DNA of 64,000 nt from Flavobacteriales bacterium (GCA_036825655.1 DAISXU010000001.1:42331-106330); one strand, 5' to 3'. Counted from the stretch's first letter, positions 27,634-37,829 are shown. Made by a program: numbers and translations. The notes: generated by a model not told the origin, from the letters alone.

Positions 27634-27872
27634 ACGCTGAAAACACAGCCTTCGACGAGCCCAGGGTTACGATTTCGGATGCGGCAGAAGCACATTTTGG
27701 TCCCGTCGTCAGTGTTCAGGCTCAATACCACGGTCGATTCATGGAATGGGGCATCGAGCGGGTCATGCAAATTGCACCTTCTGGTTCCTGGCCCGAATAC
27801 CTGATCGAAAACGGCGCTATACCCTTCCAAAGCCGCTCGCATACAGAAGTGTCCATTGGAATCCGTTTTTAA
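27540..27872 (+). pseudogene. alternative-frame continuation of the preceding CDS, ending in a beta-barrel-like signal (...EVSIGIRF)
   Basis: This frame opens exactly at the G7 run (a TGA at 27537-27539 lies just before it) and runs 108 codons to a C-terminal Phe. The strong terminator at 27917 follows this ORF, not the 27633 stop. Confidence 0.4.
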
Positions 27873-27916
27873 CGCCTAAGGGCGCTTAAAATCAATAACA
27901 GCACGCAATTAGAATC

Positions 27917-27950
27917 AAAAAGCCCCGCGGTAAACCGCGGGGCTTTTCTT
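27917..27950. terminator. bidirectional rho-independent terminator between convergent genes
   Basis: A perfect 10-bp stem, AGCCCCGCGG (27921-27930) / CCGCGGGGCT (27935-27944), has a TAAA loop. It is flanked by an A-run upstream and a T-run downstream. Confidence 0.85.
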
Positions 27951-27966
27951 TTACCAGAAATCCAAA

Positions 27967-29436
27967 TCAATTCACATCCCACCAAAGTGGTGTATTCAGT
28001 TCGTCTCCGCCATTGGCTGCAACTCCTGCAGTCCATGAGGCGTTATTGAGCGTCTGTTCGTCTAGGGGGTATTGCATGCGGTGAGGAATGCCGTCGCCCT
28101 GCAGAACACCGTCAACGGGCAATTGCAACACACCGAAATCCAGTCGGCGCCATTCAGCCCAACCTTCGTATCCCTGCATGTAAAGAGCAATCCACTTTTG
28201 ACGGCCAATGGCTTCTTTCCAATCTGCACCAGCTGTCGCGTAGGCTACACCTTCTTGAGCAACGTAGTCAGCGATGGCCGCCTCGTCGTCAATGCCCCAG
28301 AAGTTCATGCTCAATGCGATGGCAGCATTGTAATGATCTTCCGCAGACAAGATGCTTGTCCAACCCCGAGCAGCAGCCTCAGCAGCTAAGAAGTGCGTCT
28401 GAGCCGCATCGAAGTAAATGCCTGGGAAGTCTCCAGCCAAGATGGACGCACTGCGCTGGCTTATGGCGTCGTCTGGGGTAAGTGCGGCATTCGCCTCGCT
28501 CAACCCATACTCTTCGCCTACGTAGTTGCCGTCTGCATTCGTGGCGTAAAACGCCATCATGCGCGGGTCGTTCAATGAATCCAACCAGTTTACCATCGTG
28601 TTCGAAGCAGCGAAATCATTCCGCGTCTTCGCATCTTCATTGATGGGGTTGTTGTTGGGTGCACCTGGTAAGTAGGCAAAAATCGCATTATCCCCGTTGC
28701 CTACAATCAAAGATCCACTGCCCAACGCTTCCTCAGCTGCGGCTTGAGCTGTTTGAGCATTGACATCAGACATGCGCATGGCAACACGTAACTTCAGGGA
28801 GTTTGCAAATTTCGTCCACATGTCCATGTCTCCTCCGTAGAGTTGGTCACCCTGTGGGCCTGCACCGCCATCCATGCCCGACAACGCTTCATCGATCATC
28901 GTCAACAAATTTGCATAGACCTCAGATTGAGAGTCGTAGCCAGGGCTTGTGTTGTCTACACCTTGCAGTGCTTGGCTCATTGGAATGGCACCAAAGGCAT
29001 CCGTTAGGTGTTGGTAAACCCATGCTTGCAACAGTTTGGCTACTGCAATTTGGTTTCCGTTGGAACCAAAACCACCCACATCCTCAGGAGAGTCCGTATT
29101 GAGGTCAATGATTCGCTGTAAATCCGCTAATGGCCCAGCATAGTAGTTGATCCATGCACCATTGGCTGTTTCAACACGGAACTGGTAACGGCTCTCATTG
29201 GAATACTGATTGGATGACCAGTATTGTGCCAATTGCATTCCACGACGGCTGCCCCAGAAGGAACCGTAATAGATGTCCATGATTTGCTTTTGTGAAGCGG
29301 TTAAGAGGAAGCCCGTAGATACCGACGTTGGCTCATTGGGGTTGGTGTTGATTTCCTCAAAATCCTTTTGGCATCCTGTGAAGACGATGGCTCCAATCAG
29401 GCCCATCAGGAGAAAAAGTTGTTTGTTCATTTTCAT
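27967..29436 (-). CDS. SusD/RagB-family nutrient-binding outer-membrane lipoprotein
   Basis: It has a lipobox (IVFTGCQKDFEEINTNPN), a TPR-like helical SusD-type sequence, and lies immediately downstream of a SusC-type gene. Confidence 0.9.
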   Translation of the reverse strand: MKMNKQLFLLMGLIGAIVFTGCQKDFEEINTNPNEPTSVSTGFLLTASQKQIMDIYYGSFWGSRRGMQLAQYWSSNQYSNESRYQFRVETANGAWINYYAGPLADLQRIIDLNTDSPEDVGGFGSNGNQIAVAKLLQAWVYQHLTDAFGAIPMSQALQGVDNTSPGYDSQSEVYANLLTMIDEALSGMDGGAGPQGDQLYGGDMDMWTKFANSLKLRVAMRMSDVNAQTAQAAAEEALGSGSLIVGNGDNAIFAYLPGAPNNNPINEDAKTRNDFAASNTMVNWLDSLNDPRMMAFYATNADGNYVGEEYGLSEANAALTPDDAISQRSASILAGDFPGIYFDAAQTHFLAAEAAARGWTSILSAEDHYNAAIALSMNFWGIDDEAAIADYVAQEGVAYATAGADWKEAIGRQKWIALYMQGYEGWAEWRRLDFGVLQLPVDGVLQGDGIPHRMQYPLDEQTLNNASWTAGVAANGGDELNTPLWWDVN

Positions 29437-29455
29437 GATTTCGATGGGTTAAGAA

Positions 29456-32400
29456 TCAAAGATTAAACTTGAGGTTGATACCGATGGTGCGCTCAGCAGG
29501 CAACTGTCCACCCTCAAAACCTTGAACGTTTGATGCAGAAGTTGCAACCTCTGGATCGATGTGTGGTACATTCTTGTGCAAGATGGCCAAATTGCGACCA
29601 AAGATTCCAACGCTGATGTTGCTGAATGGCAACCCACTGGTCATCTCTCTTGGCAAGCTGTAATCCAAACGCATTTCACGAAGCTTAATGAAGCTCGCAT
29701 CGTATTGGTCAGCTGCATGAATGATGTAACCTTGGTTGTAGAAGAAGTGGCTCTGCGCGTCAATGACTGAGGTGTTCGCCTCACCTGTAGATGCGTATAC
29801 CCCATCAACAACGATGCCTTCCTCCCGGATGTTATTTTCAGCTGTTTCAGCCAGTGTGCCTGAATACTTACCCCACTGGTTCGAGTAACTGTGTACTGAA
29901 CCTCCTTTCTGGAAGTCAATCAAAGCGTACAGGCTGATGTTCTTGTACTGCAAGGATGTGTTCACTCCGCCCGTGAAATCCGGCAGAATGCTTCCGATTG
30001 GAACCACCTCATCCGTGCTCAAGTAGAAGCCGTCATCATCAACGAGTTTGTTTCCAGCATCGTCGTACAAGAAATCATAGCCGTAGAAAGTTCCGAGTGG
30101 CTGGCCTGGGCGCGCTTCCAATGTCACACCGAAGAGGGAGGTGTAACGGATGTTGTCCACGCCTTCAGCCAAAGCAACCAATTCGTTTTGGTTCTTGGCG
30201 AAGTTGAAGCCGATGTCCCAACGGAAATCCTCTGTCATGACCGGCGTACCGCTCAATGCCAATTCGATTCCTTTGTTGTTCGTTTCTCCAGCGTTCAATA
30301 CCGTGCTGCTGTAACCGCTGGCTGCAGAAACAGGAACATTGAAGATGAGGTCTTTCGTCGTGCTGTTGTAGTAGGTGAAATCAACACGGACGCGATCCAT
30401 GAACAAATTCAATTCAACACCCGCTTCAAAGCTTGAAGTGATCTCCGGACGGAGGTTGGGGTTGTTCTGAGCATTGGGAACAGTCGCAGAACCATTGGTT
30501 CCGTAGTTTGAGTTGATTCCGTATGTAACGCCCGTGCGGTATGGATTGGTGTCGTTACCCACTTGTGCCCATCCCAAACGAAGCTTTCCAAAACTGATGG
30601 CTGGAACGTCCAACACTTCACTCAAAATGTAACTCGCGGTTACCGATGGGTAAAAGTAGCTGCTGTTTTCCACTGGAAGCGTTGAGCTCCAGTCGTTACG
30701 AGCGGTTACGTCCAAGAACAAGGTGCTTTGGTAGCCCAAATTCACACTTCCCAATACAGAATTGACAACTTTTTGTTCCGCGTAATCAGACACCTCATAT
30801 CCAGAAGCACCGTTGGTAACCGTGTACAATCCAGCGGTGTTCAAACCACCGAGTGTGTATGCGCCCAAGCGCTTGTAATCACGGATCCGGCGATTCACAC
30901 CCAAGAAACCCGTGATGCTCAAGTCATCGCTGATGTTCTTGTTGAAGTTCAAATAGGCATCCAAGTTGGTCTCCTGCAATTGGCGAGTGTACTCGCTGTA
31001 GGAAGATTCACGAACACCTCCTACGGCAATGCGCTCTTCACGGCGATCGATGTAGAAATCAGTCAACGCACGCCCCATCAAGCTGAATACGTCGTTGATT
31101 TGGTAGTTCATCGTGATGTTTCCGAAAACGCGATCGCGCTGGTCATTTTGAACGTTCATGTTCCGCTCCCAGAACGGGTTATCCCAGTAGTGAGGATTCG
31201 GATCTGTTACGCTGTTTCTGTTCCAGGTGCGATGCGTCCCATCTGGATTCATGTAGTTGCGAAGGCGGTCCATGCTGAGTTGACGTTGACCCCACTGGGT
31301 GAACTGGCTCATTACCGATTCTCCATATCCCGTCAAAGGACGTCCTTCACCAACACTCTGAACATAATTCGCACTAACGGACGCCTTCAATTTCTCTGAA
31401 ACCTGGTTCGAACCAGCGAAAGAAAGGGTGTTGCGGTTCAAAGAAGAATTCTCATAAACACCCGTTTGAGCGTGGTTTGTGTACGACAAACGGAAAGCAC
31501 TCTCATCCGTAGCTCCTGTTACGGAGAAGTTGTTCGAGTAGGTAACCCCTGTTTGGAAGAATTCATCGACGTCTGAATCGGTAGCAGACCAAGGGCGAGA
31601 AACACCATAATCAGCATCTCCGTCGTAGTCATACCAGCTATCCCAGTGGCGAACAAGCGTTCCATCCAATTCGGGTCCCCATGATCCATCGTATCCATAG
31701 TCAGGAATAGGTGAACCATCAATGGTGTCAAGCCAAGCTGTGCCTGCACCACCACCGTAGCTGTTCTGGTAGTCTGGCAAAACGTAGACATCGTTGAACA
31801 TCACAGATGAGCTCACCGAAACACCCAAACCACGCTTCCCAGACGCCTGGTATCCAGCGCCGGATTTGGTAGTGATCACAATCGCTCCGTTGGAGGCACG
31901 CGATCCATACAAGGCTGCTGCTGCAGGACCCTTCAAAACCGAAACCGACTCGATGTCGTCCGGATTCAAATCCTGAATGGCATTACCGTAATCGTATCCC
32001 CCGGCACCCCGTTGCTGATCGCCCGTTGAGTAATCCGAGTTGTCCATGGGTACGCCGTCTACAATGAACAGCGGTTGGTTGTCACCGGTAATGGAACTCG
32101 CACCACGCAACAAAATCTTGGAAGACGAACCGATGGACGTGCCCGATGTGACTTGAACACCAGCAATCTTACCCGTCATAGAACGGACGACGTTCTCTGT
32201 CTTTGCCTGTGTGAACGCCTCATTGCCGAGCTCTTGGACTGAATAGCCGAGGGCTTTCTTTTCCCGCGAAACACCGAGTGCTGTCACCACGACCTCATCG
32301 AGGGCCACACCGCTTTCCAACTTGACGTTGATTGTTGAAGCGCCATCAATGGCTAATCGCCTCGTGTTGTAACCGACAAAGCTGAATACCAATTCGTCTG

Positions 32401-32596
32401 ACTGGAGGTTAGCACCGAGGGTAAAGCGGCCATCAAGGTCTGTAAATACCCCCGTGCCCGTTCCGTCTACAACAACCGTCACCCCCGGGAGTGGCTCCCC
32501 TGAGCTTTTGTCGGTGACCGTACCGGACACTTGAGATTGGGCCCAACCCGTACCTGCGAAGAGCAGGGCCATGAAAAAGAGCAGTTGTGCTTTCAT
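29456..32596 (-). CDS. SusC/RagA-family TonB-dependent outer-membrane transporter
   Basis: It has a carboxypeptidase-regulatory-like domain (VSGTVTDKSSGEPLPGVTVVVDGT), a plug, a large barrel and a C-terminal ...GINLKFNL. An alternative upstream ATG lies at 32626. Confidence 0.93.
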   Translation of the reverse strand: MKAQLLFFMALLFAGTGWAQSQVSGTVTDKSSGEPLPGVTVVVDGTGTGVFTDLDGRFTLGANLQSDELVFSFVGYNTRRLAIDGASTINVKLESGVALDEVVVTALGVSREKKALGYSVQELGNEAFTQAKTENVVRSMTGKIAGVQVTSGTSIGSSSKILLRGASSITGDNQPLFIVDGVPMDNSDYSTGDQQRGAGGYDYGNAIQDLNPDDIESVSVLKGPAAAALYGSRASNGAIVITTKSGAGYQASGKRGLGVSVSSSVMFNDVYVLPDYQNSYGGGAGTAWLDTIDGSPIPDYGYDGSWGPELDGTLVRHWDSWYDYDGDADYGVSRPWSATDSDVDEFFQTGVTYSNNFSVTGATDESAFRLSYTNHAQTGVYENSSLNRNTLSFAGSNQVSEKLKASVSANYVQSVGEGRPLTGYGESVMSQFTQWGQRQLSMDRLRNYMNPDGTHRTWNRNSVTDPNPHYWDNPFWERNMNVQNDQRDRVFGNITMNYQINDVFSLMGRALTDFYIDRREERIAVGGVRESSYSEYTRQLQETNLDAYLNFNKNISDDLSITGFLGVNRRIRDYKRLGAYTLGGLNTAGLYTVTNGASGYEVSDYAEQKVVNSVLGSVNLGYQSTLFLDVTARNDWSSTLPVENSSYFYPSVTASYILSEVLDVPAISFGKLRLGWAQVGNDTNPYRTGVTYGINSNYGTNGSATVPNAQNNPNLRPEITSSFEAGVELNLFMDRVRVDFTYYNSTTKDLIFNVPVSAASGYSSTVLNAGETNNKGIELALSGTPVMTEDFRWDIGFNFAKNQNELVALAEGVDNIRYTSLFGVTLEARPGQPLGTFYGYDFLYDDAGNKLVDDDGFYLSTDEVVPIGSILPDFTGGVNTSLQYKNISLYALIDFQKGGSVHSYSNQWGKYSGTLAETAENNIREEGIVVDGVYASTGEANTSVIDAQSHFFYNQGYIIHAADQYDASFIKLREMRLDYSLPREMTSGLPFSNISVGIFGRNLAILHKNVPHIDPEVATSASNVQGFEGGQLPAERTIGINLKFNL

Positions 32597-32754
32597 AAAT
32601 AAGCGATTTAAATTGTTTTCAATCATTGTGAATGATCATGCACCAAGTCAACCCACCGAAGAGGGCAGAGGGCATTTCAAGCAAGTATCGAACAAAGATT
32701 TAACACTTCTTTAAGGAACCAGCAACATCTTATCCCCTATCCATCGTGGATAAG

Positions 32755-34194
32755 TCACTCTGATTGTGAAGGCAACCACACCCCAAAGACGGTGCCCACG
32801 TGCAACTTCGACTCCACCTTGATGTGGCCGCCGAAGTGGTTGACCATGAATCTCGCCATGCTCAAGCCGAGCCCCGAGCCTCCGGATTTGGTGGTAAAGC
32901 GTGGTTCGAAAATTCGTTCAAGGCGAGCCGCATCAATTCCCACACCGTTATCTAACACCTTGACCAACCAACCCTCACCGCTCTTTTCTACGGTCATTTC
33001 CACTACCCTCTCTTCGATGGGTTGATCGGCAACTGCATAAATCGCATTGGACAGCAGGTTATTGAACACCCTTAATAAGTGCGCTTTTGATCCCCTTACG
33101 TGTTGACGATCCTCTAAAGGTTTGAAGCGCACCCCTTGTTGTTCGAAAAGATCCGCAGCTGCCTGGAGGATTTGGGCCAAATCCACATCATCGAAACTGG
33201 TGGGATCAATGCTCGCCATGCTCGAAAAGTCCTCTGCTACCGCCGAGAGCACGTCAATCTGAGCTACTGCCATCTGGGTGAAGCGACTTACGCGTTGCGG
33301 TAAATCTTGGTGCCCATCTTGTGATGCGCGGTTGAGCTGCTGGATTCCCAGTTTAAACGGTGTAAGCGGATTCTTAATCTCATGCGCAACCTGCATGGCC
33401 ATGGAACGCCAAGCGCCTTCCCTTTCCGACTGAGCCAATGCTGTTACCTTATTCTCCAGTTCCTCCAAAAGCGCATTGTATTGGGCCACCAACTCACCAA
33501 TCGCATCCTTCCCCTCGTACACCAAAGGCTCCTGTCTTGAATTCAGATCCAACCGGCCCAAGTGCTCCCTTAGCGCTGTAAGCGGCCGCACAATGCCGTT
33601 TGCGAGCAAAACAGCTAATAATCCCGCTCCCAGAAGCAATAGAATATACAACGGGGCCAACTGCCGAACGAAAGTGACGAAACCGCTGCCCTCGATTTGG
33701 CGCTTATCATACCTGACGTTTGCAATCGTTACCACCCTTCCCATGGCATCTGTAAAATTCCAGTAAGCCATGATGTAATCCCCATAATCCACATCGACAC
33801 CCTCGGCTGACAAACCTACATCTTGGAGGCTGCGTTGGATGTTTTGTGGCAACCGCAACAACGCGGTGGAATCACTTGGCGCGCCAAAAAGCGAGCTGAT
33901 CAAGAGCTCTCCCTCCGGGTTGTAGAGGCTTATGCTAAGCCCGTGGATGTCCGAAAGTTCACAAATGCGATCAGAAAACAAGGTGGAAACATCTTCGTCG
34001 GTCCAATTCCCATTGTGCCGATCAAAAACATACTCAAGGCTCCGCTCCACCGAAGCTTCCTTGCGCTGCAGCCGCAATAAATTGTAGACTTCCTGTTGGT
34101 TCCGATCAAATTCAAAGGCAACCAACGCCGTGCCCGCAAGCGCAATAACGATGAGGGCAAACATGCCAATCAAAATTCTAATCCTGAAACCCAT
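32755..34194 (-). CDS. membrane sensor histidine kinase (two TM segments, HAMP, HisKA, HATPase)
   Basis: TM1 is ILIGMFALIVIALAGTALVAF and TM2 is LYILLLLGAGLLAVLLANGIV. It has the H-box HEIKNPLTP, an N-box (NLLSNAIYA) and a G-box (GSGLGLS). No cognate response regulator is adjacent. Confidence 0.9.
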   Translation of the reverse strand: MGFRIRILIGMFALIVIALAGTALVAFEFDRNQQEVYNLLRLQRKEASVERSLEYVFDRHNGNWTDEDVSTLFSDRICELSDIHGLSISLYNPEGELLISSLFGAPSDSTALLRLPQNIQRSLQDVGLSAEGVDVDYGDYIMAYWNFTDAMGRVVTIANVRYDKRQIEGSGFVTFVRQLAPLYILLLLGAGLLAVLLANGIVRPLTALREHLGRLDLNSRQEPLVYEGKDAIGELVAQYNALLEELENKVTALAQSEREGAWRSMAMQVAHEIKNPLTPFKLGIQQLNRASQDGHQDLPQRVSRFTQMAVAQIDVLSAVAEDFSSMASIDPTSFDDVDLAQILQAAADLFEQQGVRFKPLEDRQHVRGSKAHLLRVFNNLLSNAIYAVADQPIEERVVEMTVEKSGEGWLVKVLDNGVGIDAARLERIFEPRFTTKSGGSGLGLSMARFMVNHFGGHIKVESKLHVGTVFGVWLPSQSE

Positions 34195-34213
34195 AGCACG
34201 AATCTACAGCATG

Positions 34214-34245
34214 AAAAAAGCCCATCGCAAGGGATGGGCTTTTTT
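34214..34245 (-). terminator. rho-independent terminator after atpG
   Basis: A 7-bp stem, GCCCATC (34220-34226) / GATGGGC (34233-34239), is flanked by A6 and T6, so it is hairpin plus U-run on either strand. It lies 22 nt after the atpG stop. Confidence 0.8.
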
Positions 34246-34266
34246 CTCGAATCAGTTCGAATGATG

Positions 34267-35139
34267 CTATCCGTCGAGCGCCTCCGATCCGGCAACGATT
34301 TCCAAAATCTCCGTTGTGATGGCGGCTTGACGTGCCTTATTGTACGAAATCCGTAAATCACGAAGCAGCTCCGATGCGTTCTCTGTTGCTTGGTGCATGG
34401 CGGTCATTCGCGCTCCATGCTCAGATGCATGGCTTTCGAGCAGACCCTTGTAAAGCTGAACCTTCAGTGAGTTAGGGATGATGCGCTCCACAATTTCAGC
34501 TTGTGAAGGTTCGAAAATGTATTCCGTATCACCGAGGTCCTGTCCCTCTGAATCGGGCAACAGAGGAAGAAAAGCCTCATTCGTAGGGATCTGCACGGCT
34601 GCATTCACAAACTTGTTGTAGAACAAACGCACCTCATCGTACGTGCCGTTAGCAAACTGGTTCAGAATCTCATCTCCAATGACCTGGGCCGCCGAAAAGT
34701 TCAAGTCTTCGAAAATGTTCCAGGCATCCTCCGCAAAGCCTGCAGGCCGGAGCTCCGTTCTGCGTCGGAAAGCGTCATTTGCCTTTTTACCCAGAGGCAA
34801 CACGTGATAAGCCTTGGAAGCATCCGACATGGCCACATTTACCTCCTTGATGATGTTGTTGTTGAATCCCCCGCACAACCCTCGGTTGGAAGTAACAGCA
34901 ACCAACAAGACCCGCTTGACAGGGCGTTCTACAGAGTAAGTACCCTCTCCGGAGGAAAGTGAACCGCTCACGTTGGCCAGCACCGATTGCAACTTCTCTG
35001 CGTAGGGGCGCATGCGTGTGATGGCCTCCTGAGCTCGACGTAATTTCGCAACAGACACCATTTTCATCGCAGACGTAATCTGCATGGTGTTCTGAACGGA
35101 TGTCAGTCGTTCACGTACTTCTTTGAGTCCTCCGGCCAT
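34267..35139 (-). CDS. atpG: F0F1 ATP synthase subunit gamma
   Basis: MAGGLKEVRERLTSVQNTMQITSAMKMVSVAKLRRAQ is the typical gamma N-terminus, and the C-terminal ITTEILEIV helix is present. Confidence 0.96.
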   Translation of the reverse strand: MAGGLKEVRERLTSVQNTMQITSAMKMVSVAKLRRAQEAITRMRPYAEKLQSVLANVSGSLSSGEGTYSVERPVKRVLLVAVTSNRGLCGGFNNNIIKEVNVAMSDASKAYHVLPLGKKANDAFRRRTELRPAGFAEDAWNIFEDLNFSAAQVIGDEILNQFANGTYDEVRLFYNKFVNAAVQIPTNEAFLPLLPDSEGQDLGDTEYIFEPSQAEIVERIIPNSLKVQLYKGLLESHASEHGARMTAMHQATENASELLRDLRISYNKARQAAITTEILEIVAGSEALDG

Positions 35140-35150
35140 GGGTCAACTTC

Positions 35151-36728
35151 TTAAGCGTATTGAGCAGCCACTTCCTTCGCGGCTGCTTCCAATACGTTGG
35201 TTTGATCGTCCGAATATTTACCAGCCTTCAATTGAGCCAAGGTATCTGAGTGCTTCAAACGCATGTGCTCAATGAATGCCACTTCAAACGCACGAATCTG
35301 ATTCACTGGGACCTGACGCAATAAGTTCTTCGTCCCACAGTAAATGATGGCAATTTGCTCTTCTACAGCCATGGGTGAATTTTGATCCTGCTTGAGAATC
35401 TCCACGTTGCGTTCCCCTTTTCCAAGGACAGCTTTCGTAGCATCATCCAAATCAGAGCCAAACTTCGAGAATGCCTCGAGCTCACGGTACTGTGCCTGGT
35501 CCAACTTCAAGGTACCAGCTACCTTCTTCATGGATTTAATCTGTGCAGATCCACCCACGCGGCTCACAGAAATACCCACGTTAATGGCAGGCCTTACACC
35601 ACTTAGGAATAGGTTGGATTCCAAAAATATCTGTCCGTCCGTAATGGAAATCACATTGGTCGGGATGTAAGCCGATACGTCACCTGCTTGCGTTTCAATG
35701 ATCGGAAGTGCAGTCAAAGACCCCCCACCCTTTACGATGGGCTTCAACGACTCGGGTAAGTCGTTCATTTCTTTGGCAATGTTGTCCTCTGCAATGATTT
35801 TGGCTGCGCGCTCCAATAAGCGGCTGTGCAAATAGAAGACGTCACCTGGATACGCCTCACGTCCCGGAGGACGACGCAACAACAAAGAAACTTCGCGATA
35901 AGCTACGGCTTGCTTTGACAAGTCATCGTATACAACCAATGCCGGACGACCTGTGTCACGGAAAAACTCTCCAATCGCGGCACCCGTAAAAGGCGCGTAA
36001 AACTGAAGCGGAGCTGGATCTGAGGCGGTTGCCGCAACCACAACGGTGTATGGCATGGCACCTGCGTCCTCCAAAGTCTTCACTATTCCGGCGACCGTTG
36101 ATCCTTTCTGACCAATGGCAACGTAAATGCAGAACACCGGCTCTCCCGCGTCGTAAAACTCCTTCTGATTGATGATGGTGTCAATGGCGACGGTTGTTTT
36201 ACCTGTTTGGCGGTCACCAATGATCAATTCGCGCTGACCTCGACCAATCGGAATCATGGCGTCAATTGACTTGATTCCCGTTTGGAGTGGCTCAGCAACT
36301 GGTTGGCGGTAAATTACACCTGGCGCCCTGCGCTCGACGGGCATTTCATAGAGATCACCTTGAATGGGTCCCTTGCCGTCGATGGGCTCCCCCAACATGT
36401 TCACCACACGGCCTAACATTCCCTCGCCGGCGCGAACTGAGGCAATGCGTCCTGTGCGCTTCACTGTGGCTCCTTCCTTGAGGTCTCCAGCGGGCTCCAG
36501 CATCACTGCGCCCACGTTGTCCTCCTCAAGGTTCAATACGATACCACGTGTTCCGTTCTCAAACTCAATGAGTTCGCCCGATTGCACATTGGTTAGTCCG
36601 TAAATGCGGGCGATGCCATCCCCCACCTGGAGGACGGTTCCCACTTCTTCAAGTTCAACAGCGGATTTTACCCCCGCAAGTTGTTCGCGCAGGATTGAAG
36701 AAACTTCGGCTGGATTGATTTCTGCCAT
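35151..36728 (-). CDS. atpA: F0F1 ATP synthase subunit alpha
   Basis: It has the Walker A motif GDRQTGKT and full-length alpha-subunit similarity (525 aa). Confidence 0.98.
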   Translation of the reverse strand: MAEINPAEVSSILREQLAGVKSAVELEEVGTVLQVGDGIARIYGLTNVQSGELIEFENGTRGIVLNLEEDNVGAVMLEPAGDLKEGATVKRTGRIASVRAGEGMLGRVVNMLGEPIDGKGPIQGDLYEMPVERRAPGVIYRQPVAEPLQTGIKSIDAMIPIGRGQRELIIGDRQTGKTTVAIDTIINQKEFYDAGEPVFCIYVAIGQKGSTVAGIVKTLEDAGAMPYTVVVAATASDPAPLQFYAPFTGAAIGEFFRDTGRPALVVYDDLSKQAVAYREVSLLLRRPPGREAYPGDVFYLHSRLLERAAKIIAEDNIAKEMNDLPESLKPIVKGGGSLTALPIIETQAGDVSAYIPTNVISITDGQIFLESNLFLSGVRPAINVGISVSRVGGSAQIKSMKKVAGTLKLDQAQYRELEAFSKFGSDLDDATKAVLGKGERNVEILKQDQNSPMAVEEQIAIIYCGTKNLLRQVPVNQIRAFEVAFIEHMRLKHSDTLAQLKAGKYSDDQTNVLEAAAKEVAAQYA

Positions 36729-36762
36729 GGTGGCCGGGTATTCTGGTTCTGATTAAGCTCGG

Positions 36763-37320
36763 TTAAAATTCCGGCTCGTAATCGTGTTCAGTCAATTCTC
36801 GGCGCAAGCGATTCAAGCTGCGCCGAACAGAAGCGTCCAACATCCGGTCCTCAACGCGCAGCACAAAGCCGCCAATCAATTCCGGGTTGACCGATTCTTT
36901 TAATTCCACATCGCCATTGTGAAGGCGTTTCAGTTCTGCCAGAATGCGATCCTTCGCTGCTCCTTCGAGGGGAGCCGCAGTAATCACTTCTGCCGTCTGA
37001 ATGCCTTTCATTGTGCGAATCACCATTACGCAGGCCTCAGCCACTGCCGCTAAAATGCCTACGCGGCCTTTGCGAACTAAAATGGTGATGAACTCCATCA
37101 TCAAAGGGCTCAAATGCGGCTTGAACACCGCATCCAACACCCGTTGCTTTTGATCAGGCTTCAATACAGGTGAAGCAAGCAAACGCTCGAGCTCAGCACT
37201 CGCTTTCACGGTGTTGAGGACGAGGTGAATGTCACGCTCGACCACGTCCAACTCTTTGCGCTCTTCTGCGAGCGTTAAAAGGGACTTAGCATACCGGGAA
37301 GCAACGCGAGGTGTAGCCAT
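36763..37320 (-). CDS. atpH: F0F1 ATP synthase subunit delta (OSCP)
   Basis: It is 185 aa, lies between atpF and atpA, and has the typical RYAKSLLTLA N-terminus. Confidence 0.9.
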   Translation of the reverse strand: MATPRVASRYAKSLLTLAEERKELDVVERDIHLVLNTVKASAELERLLASPVLKPDQKQRVLDAVFKPHLSPLMMEFITILVRKGRVGILAAVAEACVMVIRTMKGIQTAEVITAAPLEGAAKDRILAELKRLHNGDVELKESVNPELIGGFVLRVEDRMLDASVRRSLNRLRRELTEHDYEPEF

Positions 37321-37327
37321 GATGGAA

Positions 37328-37825
37328 TCAGTTCAAAGGGGACTCGTCGATGAGCTTGTTCACGAGTTGCTGCTGCTGTTCAGTCCGCTCCAATTGTTGG
37401 CGCAACAAGCGCTCAGCAATGTCAATGGAGAGGCCTGCTACCTCAGCTTTCAATTCTGCAACCGCGGCTTTGCGCTCAACGTTGATCGCTTCACGGGCAT
37501 TCGCTAGGTCACGCTCTGCCTCTTCGCGCGCTTTGGCACGGGCATCAGCAACCATTTGAGTAGCCGTGTCCCGAGCATCGCGGAGAATGCCATCGCGCTC
37601 CGTGCGCGCCTCTTTCAAGAGTCGCTCACTTTCGTCAGACAAGGCAGCCATGTCTTGGCGTGCCTTTTCCGCTTCATTCAAAGCTGCAGCAATGCTTTCT
37701 TCACGTTCATTCAAGGCTTTGAGGATGGGACCCCAAGCCATTCGACGCAAAAGCAGCAGGACTACAATGAATGCAATCGAAGCCCAAATGACAGTCCCCA
37801 ATGCGGGGCTTAACAGCGCTCCCAT
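37328..37825 (-). CDS. atpF: F0F1 ATP synthase subunit B
   Basis: It has a single N-terminal TM segment followed by a long charged helix (A/E/R-rich), and lies between atpE and atpH. Confidence 0.9.
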   Translation of the reverse strand: MGALLSPALGTVIWASIAFIVVLLLLRRMAWGPILKALNEREESIAAALNEAEKARQDMAALSDESERLLKEARTERDGILRDARDTATQMVADARAKAREEAERDLANAREAINVERKAAVAELKAEVAGLSIDIAERLLRQQLERTEQQQQLVNKLIDESPLN

Positions 37826-37829
37826 CAGT

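Noticed and set aside
30728-31399. Plus-strand 223-aa ORF inside SusC
   Set aside because: It is antisense to a continuous 1046-1056-aa TonB-dependent transporter frame, with no independent support.
32729-32754. 7-bp hairpin CTTATCC/GGATAAG right after the histidine kinase stop
   Set aside because: No U-run follows it on the minus strand and the loop is 12 nt. The evidence is insufficient to call a terminator.
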